64,000 nucleotides of DNA from Candidatus Thalassarchaeum betae (GTDB taxonomy: Archaea > Thermoplasmatota > Poseidoniia > Poseidoniales > Thalassarchaeaceae), in assembly GCA_003193925.1 (NCBI GenBank), contig PSPG01000012.1:32756-96755 (forward strand), written 5' to 3'. The position numbers were made by a program, and so were the translations under genes. Shown here piece by piece: positions 19,368 through 29,090 of the stretch (positions within the stretch are counted from its first letter, which is position 1; every line of letters begins with the position of its first letter). A model generated the notes under the pieces. It was not told where the DNA came from. It made no database searches and saw only the letters and a program-made list of their open reading frames with translations.

Positions 19368-19742
19368 ATGGCTGAGAAGGAATCCGACACAGACGGAACC
19401 GAGGCCACTCCCCCTCCGATGCACGACAAGAAAGAGGAGGCAGAGGCCGCCTTCTGGAGACTGAAGAAGGCCTCTGACAAGAGCAGAGAGGAGCGAGTCA
19501 AGCGAGTTCTGGCTCAGGAGGGGGAAGGGCTTCTGACTACACTCGGCAGAGTGGTGTACATTTCGGCGTGCATAGTGTTCGATGGCGTGGTGCTGCTGCA
19601 AGTTCCAGCCGGCATGGGCAGGACCTTAGCCGCCTGGTCCCTGTATGTGGTCTTGCTAGTAGTCGCCATCAAGCTACAGCACGACCTCTACGAGAAGTGG
19701 TTCGATGTCGACATCAGTCCGATCGACTTTGATCGGCAGTGA
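19368..19742 (+). CDS. Hypothetical small membrane protein (two TM helices) apparently co-transcribed with the opp operon
   Basis: 124-aa ORF 10 nt downstream of oppF, with a hydrophilic N-terminus followed by two hydrophobic helices. No recognisable family. Confidence 0.4.
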   Translation: MAEKESDTDGTEATPPPMHDKKEEAEAAFWRLKKASDKSREERVKRVLAQEGEGLLTTLGRVVYISACIVFDGVVLLQVPAGMGRTLAAWSLYVVLLVVAIKLQHDLYEKWFDVDISPIDFDRQ

Positions 19743-20976
19743 TCGGGAAGCGCTCAGTGGCGATTCGCTCGAAGCGCCTGAACGAAGGCACGACGATACC
19801 GATTATCGTGGCGGCGACCATGATCGACACCGCCACAACAAAGGCCGCCTCGAGCCCCAATCTCTCGATCATCATCCCGCCGAGGACCATAGCGGGTGGA
19901 ATCAGGATGAAGGAGCCGATTGCATCGATAGAGTTGACCCGGCCACGCAGATGCTGCTCTACGCTGTCCCCTATCGTCGTGTTCCAGATGACTCCCAACA
20001 CCCCCACGAGGAGGCCTTGGAACAGCGAGATCAGCAGAATGAGCGCGAACCAGGGCACGAACACGAACAGCAGGTCCAACCAAGCGGCGAAGCCGACGGT
20101 GACGTAGAATACCGTCCCACGTGAGCTCTTCGGAATCGGATTACTGCCTGCATAAAGGGCACCCACGGCGGCTCCGATCGGGAAGACGGCGCCCCAGATT
20201 CCGTAATAGAAACCATTCCAGCCGTTATTCAAGGCGATGGAGGGGATGCCGACATCTACTATCGCAGCACCAACGTGGAATGCCATGAACACGAGGATTC
20301 CGACGAACAGCCAAGGCTGGCTGCGAGTGAAAGACAGAGCATGACTCATCTCCGACTTGAAGTCGGAATCCTCTTCCTCATCCCTGACGATTGGGACCTC
20401 CTCCATGTTGTACAGCACATACGCACTGACGAGGAAGGTGACCATGTCGATGAAGAGCGCGACTTCGATGCTTGAATAGGTGATTATTGCACCACCGATC
20501 AGACCACCGAGCGACCACGAGATAGTACGAATGGAATTGAGCAAACCGGTCGCAGAGGCCAGGATCTCCTCGTCTACTAGGTCTGGCACAAGGGCCTGAG
20601 TCGCGGGTATCGAGAAAGCTGTAGACGCTCCCATCATCACGGCGGCGAAGAGCAACACCTTCAGCACGGGGAGGCCGATGAGGAGGAGGCTGATGAAAAG
20701 GAGAGCGAAGCTTGCCTGTACATAGTCGGTGTACAGCGCGACGGTCCGCCTGGGTATTCGGTCGACCACCATCCCGCCAACTGTCAGAAGGGGCAGGTGA
20801 GCGACGAAATATGCGACTCCGAACCACGCGAACCACACCGGTCCGGCTAGCTCATTCACACGCCATCCTGCCGCGACCATGAAGCCGGCTCGGCCGACCT
20901 TGCTAACGCCGTCCCCAATCAGGAAACGCCGCAGGTCGCGGACTTCCCAAGCCTCTCGGAGACCCATTGCCAACAT
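19714..20976 (-). CDS. Major facilitator superfamily transporter
   Basis: 420 aa with 12 predicted TM helices and an MFS-like loop motif (MVVDRIPRR). Confidence 0.8.
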   Translation of the reverse strand: MLAMGLREAWEVRDLRRFLIGDGVSKVGRAGFMVAAGWRVNELAGPVWFAWFGVAYFVAHLPLLTVGGMVVDRIPRRTVALYTDYVQASFALLFISLLLIGLPVLKVLLFAAVMMGASTAFSIPATQALVPDLVDEEILASATGLLNSIRTISWSLGGLIGGAIITYSSIEVALFIDMVTFLVSAYVLYNMEEVPIVRDEEEDSDFKSEMSHALSFTRSQPWLFVGILVFMAFHVGAAIVDVGIPSIALNNGWNGFYYGIWGAVFPIGAAVGALYAGSNPIPKSSRGTVFYVTVGFAAWLDLLFVFVPWFALILLISLFQGLLVGVLGVIWNTTIGDSVEQHLRGRVNSIDAIGSFILIPPAMVLGGMMIERLGLEAAFVVAVSIMVAATIIGIVVPSFRRFERIATERFPITADQSRSD

Positions 20977-21238
20977 CGCGGGAACAGGCGCATTTCAAGA
21001 TGTCTTGAGGGCAATCTGAGCAATCCTCGGAGTACAGTGAATGGACAGATGAACGAAGGCAGTAATATTGATATTTCAATTGTTCTCATTTGAACATATT
21101 ATTCTACGAGAATTGTACAAACGTACAATAATCATCTAATTGAGTGAATATTCTGCTAGTATCAACGTCATGTGATGTTCATTCGACCGAATGATTATAG
21201 CACTCTCTCGCACGCATGCGCGCGTTCGGGGGAGTAAG
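20977..21238. promoter_or_regulatory. AT-rich divergent control region (MFS transporter to the left, glutamate synthase to the right) with a palindromic TTGTACAA motif and TATA-like elements
   Basis: A roughly 35% GC stretch in a >60% GC genome. It contains TTGTACAAACGTACAA (an 8-bp perfect palindrome plus a half-site repeat), ATGATTATAGCAC roughly 40 nt upstream of the ATG at 21239, and a GGGGGAG Shine-Dalgarno-like element. Confidence 0.5.
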
Positions 21239-22741
21239 ATGTTTGAGTCAGCGGCGCAGGTAGGCCTGGAATCCCAAGACGGCCCGTTGACACTCGACAG
21301 ATTCGGGGCCGAATCGGCGCGAATCGGTAGGGAGGTCGCAGACCGCTACCACCGCTATCGCATCGAGACCGAGGAGGTCGACGACGCCCAGCCGCTGCCT
21401 CACAGGTTCCTTGTCAAGGTCGGTAAGGTCGGTCTCGCGAAGTTCATCGCCAAGGAGATGCTGATGTACTTCGGACAGTTCGATGTCATCCTCTCCAGGC
21501 CGTGCACCTATGGTGTATTCTCAGGGCCGGTGGGCGGCTTCGCTCCTAGGCCCAAACTGTGTGTTGGATGCCTGCGCTGCTGCGTCCAGCACCCGGATTT
21601 CGTCAAGGTCCTGCCAAACCCAGATCTTCTGGCCCTGGGAGACTCGTACACCACGCACGGGCACATCACCGCCATCGACGAGGAGGCGAGGAAGGGCATG
21701 GTCCCGGTTCGCGGCCAGGGCTATAGGGGGCGCTTCGGCGGACCTGGCTTCGATGGGATGCTGACCGACATGTCCGAGATCGTCCGCCCGAGCAGGGATG
21801 GCATCCACGGACGCGAACTCATCGGCACCTCCGTGGACGTCGGCAGCAAGCCGATGCACCTCTCGTTCGACTCCAGCGGCAACCTCTCCGGAAGCACCCC
21901 CGAGATGTTCACCATTCAGGTTCCGTTCGTCTTCGACCTGCCCCCTGGCAACCTCGGCTCGACCGGCCTAGTCAAGGTGGTCGACACAACGAGCAGGCGC
22001 ATCGACACCCTCGCGTGCCTCGATGCGCACACCGTCGTACGGCTCAGAATGGACGCGCCTCACATCGTCCCGGTGCTCGATACCGCTGAGGCCGCGCACG
22101 CATCCGAGTTCCCAGCCGCGAGGCTGGTCGAGCTCGATGGTTGGGACGCTGACGCTTTCGAGGCGGCAAACGAGGCTACCGATGCCATGGTCGGAGTGCG
22201 CCTGCACTTCGAGGAGGGCTGGCAGGAGCGCTTGAACGCCGCAGTGGACGCCGGCGCCAAGGTCATCCACCTGCTCGCCGACCTGCACGCACGAGGCACT
22301 GACGGGACCTTTGTCTCTGAGTTGTTCAAGGAGGCACACATGATGCTCATTGAGCAGGGCAGACGCGACACGGTCACCCTGTTCGGAGGGGGTGGCATAG
22401 TCGGCGCTGACCACGTCCCCAAGGCGATTATCAGCGGACTTGACGCAGTTGCGCTGGACCTGGCTGTGCTGTTCGCACTGCAAGGGCGTTCGCACGGCTC
22501 TCTGGAGAAGCGGGATAGGGTCTCAGGTACCCTGCCTAGGATGCTCGACCACGGGTGGGCCGAGCAGAGGCTCGCCAACCTGTGCGGCTCGTGGAGAGAC
22601 CAACTGCTGGAGATTCTCGGCGCGATGGGCATCCGCGAGGTGCGCCGCCTGAGGGGCGAGTTCGGTCGTTCGATGATAGTCAAGCACCTCGAGGACGAGG
22701 CCTTCGAGGGAATAGCGGGCTACACCGGAGGTGGTGCTTGA
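21239..22741 (+). CDS. Glutamate-synthase-associated protein, GltB-related with an N-terminal Cys cluster (C-x20-C-x2-C-x2-CC); putative accessory or electron-transfer subunit
   Basis: First gene of a three-gene unit and translationally coupled (TGATG) to the FMN-domain gene. The C-terminal region VTLFGGGGIVGADHVPKAIISGLDAVALD resembles the TIM-barrel phosphate-binding end of glutamate synthase and NPD-type FMN enzymes. The function is inferred only from context. Confidence 0.45.
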   Translation: MFESAAQVGLESQDGPLTLDRFGAESARIGREVADRYHRYRIETEEVDDAQPLPHRFLVKVGKVGLAKFIAKEMLMYFGQFDVILSRPCTYGVFSGPVGGFAPRPKLCVGCLRCCVQHPDFVKVLPNPDLLALGDSYTTHGHITAIDEEARKGMVPVRGQGYRGRFGGPGFDGMLTDMSEIVRPSRDGIHGRELIGTSVDVGSKPMHLSFDSSGNLSGSTPEMFTIQVPFVFDLPPGNLGSTGLVKVVDTTSRRIDTLACLDAHTVVRLRMDAPHIVPVLDTAEAAHASEFPAARLVELDGWDADAFEAANEATDAMVGVRLHFEEGWQERLNAAVDAGAKVIHLLADLHARGTDGTFVSELFKEAHMMLIEQGRRDTVTLFGGGGIVGADHVPKAIISGLDAVALDLAVLFALQGRSHGSLEKRDRVSGTLPRMLDHGWAEQRLANLCGSWRDQLLEILGAMGIREVRRLRGEFGRSMIVKHLEDEAFEGIAGYTGGGA

Positions 22742-24060
22742 TGACGATAGTCAAGCCCAGCGACGCGCTGATCCACAAGACGACCCACCTGATGCAGGAG
22801 GGGATGAACGCGAGGGCGTTCGGGGAGTACGAGATGCCGGAGGCCCTCGGCGATGCGCGCTGGACCGACGAACTGATCCTCTCGACATGGTACATGGCCG
22901 AGACCGGCGAGGTCCCGGACGATATGAACTTCAAGACCGGCAAGAGCGACGGCGGCTTCGACAGGCTGCGCTTCCGGTTCTTGGCGGAGGGCGAGTGGCT
23001 GGATCACTCGGAGGACATCGACACCAGCCTGCCTCTGAACCGCCGTGACGATGGGAAGAACGAGATCGAGATCGACATCCCCTGGTACGGCGGCGGGATG
23101 TCCTATGGCTCGGTATCGATCAACGTGATGATGTCCAGGGCCAAGACCGCGAAACTCTGGAACACCTTCATGTCAACTGGCGAGGGCGGCTATCCGACGG
23201 AGCTTTACGAGGTCAAGGAGAACATCATCACCCAGGTCGCCACCGGGTACTTCGGCGTCGAGGAGGAGACCATCCAAGCCGCGCCCATTGTCGAGCTCAA
23301 GTACGCTCAGGGCGCGAAGCCCGGCCTCGGCGGGCACCTGCTCGCAGCCAAAGCCGGCGAGGAGGTCGCCAAAATACGCGGCTCTGTGCCCTTCGTCAGC
23401 CTGTTCAGCCCGTTCCCATTCCACTCCACCTATTCGGTCGAGGACCACTCGAAGCACCTCGACTGGATTGAGATCATCAACCCCACAGCACTGCTCGCGG
23501 TCAAGGTAAGCACACCCCACGACGTCGACATGGTCGCCGTCGGCTCGTACTACGCCGGCGCTCACATCATACACATGGACGGTGGCTACGGCGGTACCGG
23601 AGCGGCTCCTGAGATAGCCAAGAAGAACATCGCGATGCCAATCGAGCTCGCCATCCCGAAGGTGCACAAGTTCCTGCAGAAGGAGGGCGTCCGCGACGAG
23701 GTCACACTGATTGCAAGCGGCGGCGTTCGCACCGCCGACGATATCGCCAAGGCCATCGCCTTGGGTGCGGACGGCTGCGTGCTGGGAACCACCGACCTCG
23801 TTGGGATGGGGTGCACCAGGTGCGCCAATTGCGAGGGAGGCCCGTCCGGCCGCGGTTGCCCATGGGGCCTGACGACAACCGACATCGAACTGCAGGAATG
23901 GCTCCAGCAGGACTGGGGCGTCAAGAGACTCGACAACCTGTACACCGCCATGCAGTGGAGGCTGCGCGATATTCTGCGCAAACTCGGCCTGAACAGCGTT
24001 CAGGAGCTCACGGGCCGTACGGACCTGCTGAGGTACATCGGCAAGGAGGACGGCGAATGA
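22741..24060 (+). CDS. gltB: Archaeal-type glutamate synthase, FMN-binding (GltB domain 2) subunit
   Basis: Motifs QGAKPGLGGHL, FSPFPFHSTYSVED, MDGGYGGTGAAP, ASGGVRTADDIAKAIALGAD, and a CTRCANCEGGPSGRGC 3Fe-4S-type Cys cluster. The true start at 22741 overlaps the previous stop. Confidence 0.9.
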   Translation: MTIVKPSDALIHKTTHLMQEGMNARAFGEYEMPEALGDARWTDELILSTWYMAETGEVPDDMNFKTGKSDGGFDRLRFRFLAEGEWLDHSEDIDTSLPLNRRDDGKNEIEIDIPWYGGGMSYGSVSINVMMSRAKTAKLWNTFMSTGEGGYPTELYEVKENIITQVATGYFGVEEETIQAAPIVELKYAQGAKPGLGGHLLAAKAGEEVAKIRGSVPFVSLFSPFPFHSTYSVEDHSKHLDWIEIINPTALLAVKVSTPHDVDMVAVGSYYAGAHIIHMDGGYGGTGAAPEIAKKNIAMPIELAIPKVHKFLQKEGVRDEVTLIASGGVRTADDIAKAIALGADGCVLGTTDLVGMGCTRCANCEGGPSGRGCPWGLTTTDIELQEWLQQDWGVKRLDNLYTAMQWRLRDILRKLGLNSVQELTGRTDLLRYIGKEDGE

Positions 24061-26636
24061 TTGACCCCGAGGTGATTATACGGGCTCGCCGTGAGATGAC
24101 GGCCAGCCATCCGAGGTTCGAGCGCCGCGAGGATGACGCTGCCGAGGGCGGATGCGGGGTGATCGGACTCGCCTCAGAGGTGCCTGTGGCAGGTCGCCAC
24201 CTATTCGACTCCCTCGGCCAGATGAGGAACAGAGGCAATGGCAAGGGCGGCGGCGTCGCGATGGTCGGACTCGATCCGGAGCAGTTCGGAGTCGACGCCG
24301 CGACCCTCTCAGGCTCATACATCTATACCGTGGCATATCTCGACTCGAGCAATCGCGATGCGGTCGAGGAGGTCTGCATACATCCGAATTTCCACGTCGA
24401 CCACGTGCACGAGATGCCGGCTCTGTCGACTTGGCAGACCGATCTACCGGCACTCGACACACAGCCCCCCGACGTGGTCTGCTACTTCGTCAGACCACGC
24501 GAGGAGGAGCTGGACCGGTTCATCGCCGAGAAGCTCGACGACGTCATTGACCCGAATGACAGGGCGGCAGCCTCGGAGGAGTTCGTCTTCCACATCACCC
24601 ACGCGCTCAACGTCGAGTTCTACGCCAAGGACGGGCGAACCGACGCCTTCGTGCTGAGCCACGGACGCGACATCCTGATCCTCAAGATAGTCGGCTACGC
24701 CGAGGACGTCATCCGCTACTACAGCCTCGAAGAGATGACCGCCCACGTCTGGATCGGCCACCACCGATACCCTACCCGGGGCAGGGTGACGCACCCGGGA
24801 GGGGCTCATCCGTTCGGTCAGGGGATAGACTCTGCTCTGGTCCACAACGGAGACTTCTCGAACTATGTCTCAGTCACCGATTACCTCGCCCAGAGGGGGA
24901 TGGAGCCGTTGTTCTTCACCGACACCGAGGTCGGCGCCTTGGCCTTCGATCTGCACCGCCGGGTCTACGGCTACAAGATGGAGTACGTCATCGAGAGCCT
25001 GGCCCCGACCAGCGAGCTCGACTACGTCATGCTCCCCGAGGACAAGCAGGAGGTGTACTCCGCCATCCAGAGGACACACATCCACGGCAGCCCCGACGGA
25101 CCCTGGTTCTTCATCATCGCACAGTCCGAGGGTCCGACCCACCGACTGATTGGAATCACCGACACCAGCATGCTGCGCCCGCAGGTGTTCGCCTACCAGC
25201 GCGGCGAGGTCGCGATTGCGTTCTGCGGCTCCGAGAAGCAGGTCATCGACGCGGTGCTGGAGAGCCTCGCATCCGAGGACAAGCGGTTCTGGCGCCGCGC
25301 CGACGAGTACTGGAACGCCAGAGGTGGCTCGTACACCGACGGCGGCGCCTTCCTGTTCGACGTCAAGCCCACCGAGGACGGCGGCAAGGAACTGGTCATG
25401 ACCAACAAGTTCGGTGATGTGGTCGACACCCACCCCCGCGGCGACTGCAAGCTGGTCCCAGCCGCAGACCATTCTCCAGTCGAAGTTACCAAGATGGGCT
25501 CCAACCTGGCCTACTTCGCCGTCCTCGAGGCACTGCCTCACATGGGTTGGGCCGAGGCCTTGGCCACGCTCGAAGCCATAGAGGCCCACTCTGCCATGGC
25601 CGGGCGCGAGTGGGCTTGGGACCTGCTCACCCGATTGCTCGACAGGAGGTACGACACCGGGGGGCTGCGTCGCAGTTTGTGGCTCGACTTTGTCGGGGCA
25701 GCACTCAATCGAACCCTCGCCTCAGCGACCCACGAGCCCTGCGACGGCTTCGTCGGACAGCGCACCGTCGGTCACCGGCCTCAGCCTGCCTCGCATTCGC
25801 AGAGGATCGTGGTTGATGCTAGGCCATACTCATCCGAGGGCACGGAATCGCTCGCCCTCGAGCTCGTCGCTCTGTATCGGGAGGGCTGGAAGCGGTTCGT
25901 CCTCCTGCACTGCCGTGGTCACCGATTCATCGGCAACGGCTTCGGGCCGGGTACGTCTGGCGTCAGCATAGATGTCTTCGGCGCCATCGGCGACTACCTC
26001 GGAAGCGGCAGCGACGGCATGGAGATCCACATGCACGGGAACGCGCAGGACCAAGTCGCCCAGATACACAAGGCGGGCGAGCTGGTCGTCCACGGCGATG
26101 TCGGCCAGTGCTACGGTTACGGCGCCAAGGGGGGACGCCTGTTCGTGCTCGGCAACGCTGCCGGTAGGCCGATGATCAACGCCGTCGGTAGCCCCAAGGT
26201 GGTCATCAACGGGACAGCTCTCGACTACCTCGCGGAGTCGTTCATGGCCGGCGACCCGCTGGACGGCGGTGGTTTCATCATCATCAACGGGATGCGGTTC
26301 GACGAGCGCGGAGAACTCGAACCGCTGGAGACACCCTATCCCGGGGGGAACCTGTTCTCTCTAGCCAGCGGTGGTGCGATTTACGTCCGCGACCCGTACC
26401 AGCGACTCTCCGACTCGCAGCTCAACGGCGGGGCTTTTACCGATATGACCGAGGCAGACTGGGCAGTCGTCGAGCCGATGCTTCAGCGCAACGAGAAGCA
26501 CTTCGGAATCTCCCTTCAGAGGCTGCTGACAGTCGACGGTGAGCTAACGAGCCCAGCCGAGGTATACCGCAAGGTCATCCCGGTGAAGTCGAAGATCCTG
26601 CACGCCGAAATCGCTTGGGGCGGGCATCACGACTGA
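24057..26636 (+). CDS. gltB: Glutamate synthase subunit fusing the N-terminal glutamine amidotransferase (Ntn, class II) domain with the C-terminal GXGXG domain
   Basis: Cys nucleophile in GGCGVIGLA near the N-terminus, WIGHHRYPTRG, and a C-terminal GXGXG repeat region (GNGFGPG...GSGSDG...GYGAKGG...). ATGA overlap with the upstream gene. Confidence 0.9.
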   Translation: MIDPEVIIRARREMTASHPRFERREDDAAEGGCGVIGLASEVPVAGRHLFDSLGQMRNRGNGKGGGVAMVGLDPEQFGVDAATLSGSYIYTVAYLDSSNRDAVEEVCIHPNFHVDHVHEMPALSTWQTDLPALDTQPPDVVCYFVRPREEELDRFIAEKLDDVIDPNDRAAASEEFVFHITHALNVEFYAKDGRTDAFVLSHGRDILILKIVGYAEDVIRYYSLEEMTAHVWIGHHRYPTRGRVTHPGGAHPFGQGIDSALVHNGDFSNYVSVTDYLAQRGMEPLFFTDTEVGALAFDLHRRVYGYKMEYVIESLAPTSELDYVMLPEDKQEVYSAIQRTHIHGSPDGPWFFIIAQSEGPTHRLIGITDTSMLRPQVFAYQRGEVAIAFCGSEKQVIDAVLESLASEDKRFWRRADEYWNARGGSYTDGGAFLFDVKPTEDGGKELVMTNKFGDVVDTHPRGDCKLVPAADHSPVEVTKMGSNLAYFAVLEALPHMGWAEALATLEAIEAHSAMAGREWAWDLLTRLLDRRYDTGGLRRSLWLDFVGAALNRTLASATHEPCDGFVGQRTVGHRPQPASHSQRIVVDARPYSSEGTESLALELVALYREGWKRFVLLHCRGHRFIGNGFGPGTSGVSIDVFGAIGDYLGSGSDGMEIHMHGNAQDQVAQIHKAGELVVHGDVGQCYGYGAKGGRLFVLGNAAGRPMINAVGSPKVVINGTALDYLAESFMAGDPLDGGGFIIINGMRFDERGELEPLETPYPGGNLFSLASGGAIYVRDPYQRLSDSQLNGGAFTDMTEADWAVVEPMLQRNEKHFGISLQRLLTVDGELTSPAEVYRKVIPVKSKILHAEIAWGGHHD

Positions 26637-27559
26637 GCGACGAGGCGAGCTACCTCGTCTGCGCACCCCCAAGACAGCGTGACACCGGCTCCGCCGTGGC
26701 CGTAGTTGTGTATCACAGGCCTTCCTGAGATCGTCTCGGCCACGAGCCGGACCTCGGTACGGGAAGGTCGCAAACCGACGGCGCTGCCGACAATCTTCGA
26801 GCGGTCGAGGTCGGGCCACAGAGCCTCGACCTTCTGTAGTATGGCCTCGGTGTCCTCAGCCCTGATGTCCAGCCCCCAGTCGCCAATCTGAGAAGTTCCT
26901 CCTAGAACGGTGACGTCACTGCGGGGAATTGTGTAGGTCAGGCTCTCCGGCTGCTGGTCGAAGTGCCCGATACCCGGGTCCTGGTCGAGCAAGATGACCT
27001 GGCCGCGAGAGGGGCGGATCTCCTCGTCTCCGCACAATTCCCGCGCCCCCAGTCCGACGCAGTTGATCACGATGTCACCCGGGACCTCGGAAAGGTCGCT
27101 GACGAAGGCCTGCCTGAATGAACCGCCCATCGACTCGACCTTGGAGCGAAGCCAAGGCATGTATCGATGCATTTCAATCACTGGCGCCCTGAACTCCCAG
27201 CCGAACACGTAACCCTGTGGAATCTCAACGGCTTCGAGGACTCGGAACAAAGCGATATCGTCCTTCCACGAGGGTAGTTCGACTACTTCCCTGAGGTACT
27301 CTCTGCCATCTCTCATCACGACGCCCGAATCCGGTGCCTCGCGAGCCAGCCTCTCCAACTCGGAGTACGTGACCGTGGCCCAGGCTTCGACCCTCTTCGC
27401 CGGTGCGGTGAGGAATGGATACCAGATTGCTGCAGCAACATCGGACACGGTGTCCGGGCTGAATCTGTCCGAGACGACTTCGACCTCGTGCCCCTCCTCT
27501 AACAGCCTCGCTGCGCAGCTCAATCCCGAGACGCCGGCGCCGACTACCGTGCAACGCAT
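26627..27559 (-). CDS. FAD-dependent D-amino acid oxidase family oxidoreductase
   Basis: N-terminal Rossmann motif VVGAGVSGLSCA and a C-terminal HNYGHGGAGVTLSWG motif typical of the DAO/DASPO family. Confidence 0.75.
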   Translation of the reverse strand: MRCTVVGAGVSGLSCAARLLEEGHEVEVVSDRFSPDTVSDVAAAIWYPFLTAPAKRVEAWATVTYSELERLAREAPDSGVVMRDGREYLREVVELPSWKDDIALFRVLEAVEIPQGYVFGWEFRAPVIEMHRYMPWLRSKVESMGGSFRQAFVSDLSEVPGDIVINCVGLGARELCGDEEIRPSRGQVILLDQDPGIGHFDQQPESLTYTIPRSDVTVLGGTSQIGDWGLDIRAEDTEAILQKVEALWPDLDRSKIVGSAVGLRPSRTEVRLVAETISGRPVIHNYGHGGAGVTLSWGCADEVARLVAQS

Positions 27560-27616
27560 GCTCCGCGATGGCCGTACTCTTCATGATAACGTCGGCTGAC
27601 GTGTTCGCCTCTCGGG

Positions 27617-27847
27617 GTGAACCTCTTGAGTGACGGCCTCCCCCGGGTACACGGTGGAGTCTTGCCGAAGGTGAAGCGACCGAAGAAGGGCTGGTTCAGG
27701 CCCGACAAGAAGAAGCCCCGCATGGGCACTCGTGTCAAGCCGAGCGAGAAGGGCCTGCCTCCGTGCCCGGCCTGCGGCCAGTGGAGCATGCAGAGGGACA
27801 ACGCGAAGAGCGAGTTGTACTGCGGCTCGTGCGGCGCGATACTGTGA
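27617..27847 (+). CDS. Small Lys-rich zinc-ribbon protein; possibly ribosomal protein eS31 (S27a)-like
   Basis: KVKRPKKGWFRPDKKKPR followed by CPACG-x14-CGSCG, comparable to the S27a-type CPxCG...CGxCG ribbon. The N-terminal boundary is uncertain. Confidence 0.4.
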   Translation: MNLLSDGLPRVHGGVLPKVKRPKKGWFRPDKKKPRMGTRVKPSEKGLPPCPACGQWSMQRDNAKSELYCGSCGAIL

Positions 27848-27953
27848 GCGAGTAAACCCAATACGCGACCGCCCTCCCGTCCATCTCGCCGCAGTGATGA
27901 GGAACCGCACCGGGCGCTTCGGGCGCCGCGAGTGATGGGCGATCTGAGCGGCA

Positions 27954-29084
27954 CTACAGATAGGTCCAGACTAGAGCAAGCATATTCCACATCATGTGAC
28001 AAGCAATAGATGGCAATAGACTGCCAGTCCTCATTCTAATCCATCCCCACAGGATTCCGCCAATGAAGATCGCACCCACAGAAAAAGGATCGACATGAAC
28101 CAAACCAAACAGTATAGCGCTCCAAATAATGGCGGTCCAATCACTGTGTTTCCTATTGATTGCGTCAAGAACATATCCGCGGAAAAATAGCTCCTCTGCG
28201 ATCGGAGTTACGATTGCGATTGAAAGAAACAAGAAAGCGATATCGATCGAACTTGACTCCCAATCGGTTCCCAAGTCAATATTGGTAGAAGGCTCACCAA
28301 ATATTCCAAACCACGCAATACCGTAAATCGTAGTAAGAACGAAATTGATTATGGTGACGACGATTGGGATTGCTAAGACTAGAATTAGAGCTCTCTTCAC
28401 TGAACCGAATTTCAGCATCTCCTTAATCCTGTCCAAACTGCCATCGACATAGATGTACAGGAGTACGAGAGGAATCAGAATGATTTCTATCAATAGTGCG
28501 GATATTGAAAATGCCAAACCATCAGACAGACCTGCCCAATAAAGGGCAAACCAAAGTGCCAAGATACCAATAATCGTCAGTAGCCACCATCCTATGAGGA
28601 ATGTGATGATGATTAGCCACGAGACCCATGTTTTGTCACTAGCACCGACGGACTTTTGTTCGACAGATAAGTCAGCTGGAACTCCTTCAAATGCCTCTCT
28701 AAGTGAGCCCTTTCCAGATAGGTCCCAGACCTGCCCAACTGCTGATTTACCATATCCATGCAGCAACCTGCCGATATCCCCCATAGCCAAGTGATCCGGG
28801 TCCTTTGTAATCCGGGAGAGTTTTTTTTCCCGTTCCACTCCGATTCTTGAATTGAAATGCGGTTCGATGTAATTGTAGCAGAAATATATCGCCAAATATA
28901 TCGATAAGATAGACATTAGCAGGAAGGATAGCCAGCCCCCTGCTATCCAAGCATCCACCAAGATTGCAAGGGCGATGATCGACAGAGTCCCTTTAGTGGG
29001 GAAATCTCCAATGAATGCCCTTCCAAACGGCCCCAAAACCTCTTGATTCTCGCCTTGAGGAACGAGTTGAAAATCCTGGTTCAC
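27954..29084 (-). CDS. CPBP (CAAX protease / Abi) family intramembrane metalloprotease with an extended N-terminal membrane domain
   Basis: Motifs EELFFRGY, FGLVH and HMMWN in TM segments. Codon usage is AT-rich relative to the surrounding genes. Confidence 0.8.
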   Translation of the reverse strand: MNQDFQLVPQGENQEVLGPFGRAFIGDFPTKGTLSIIALAILVDAWIAGGWLSFLLMSILSIYLAIYFCYNYIEPHFNSRIGVEREKKLSRITKDPDHLAMGDIGRLLHGYGKSAVGQVWDLSGKGSLREAFEGVPADLSVEQKSVGASDKTWVSWLIIITFLIGWWLLTIIGILALWFALYWAGLSDGLAFSISALLIEIILIPLVLLYIYVDGSLDRIKEMLKFGSVKRALILVLAIPIVVTIINFVLTTIYGIAWFGIFGEPSTNIDLGTDWESSSIDIAFLFLSIAIVTPIAEELFFRGYVLDAINRKHSDWTAIIWSAILFGLVHVDPFSVGAIFIGGILWGWIRMRTGSLLPSIACHMMWNMLALVWTYL

Positions 29085-29090
29085 GGAGAT

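Noticed and set aside
28800-28830. Run of nine T residues (GAGAGTTTTTTTTCCCG) inside the CPBP protease gene.
   Set aside because: I considered it as an archaeal poly-T terminator or slippage site, but it lies in-frame within a conserved membrane-protein ORF on the opposite, coding strand. It is most likely just AT-rich codon usage of the island.
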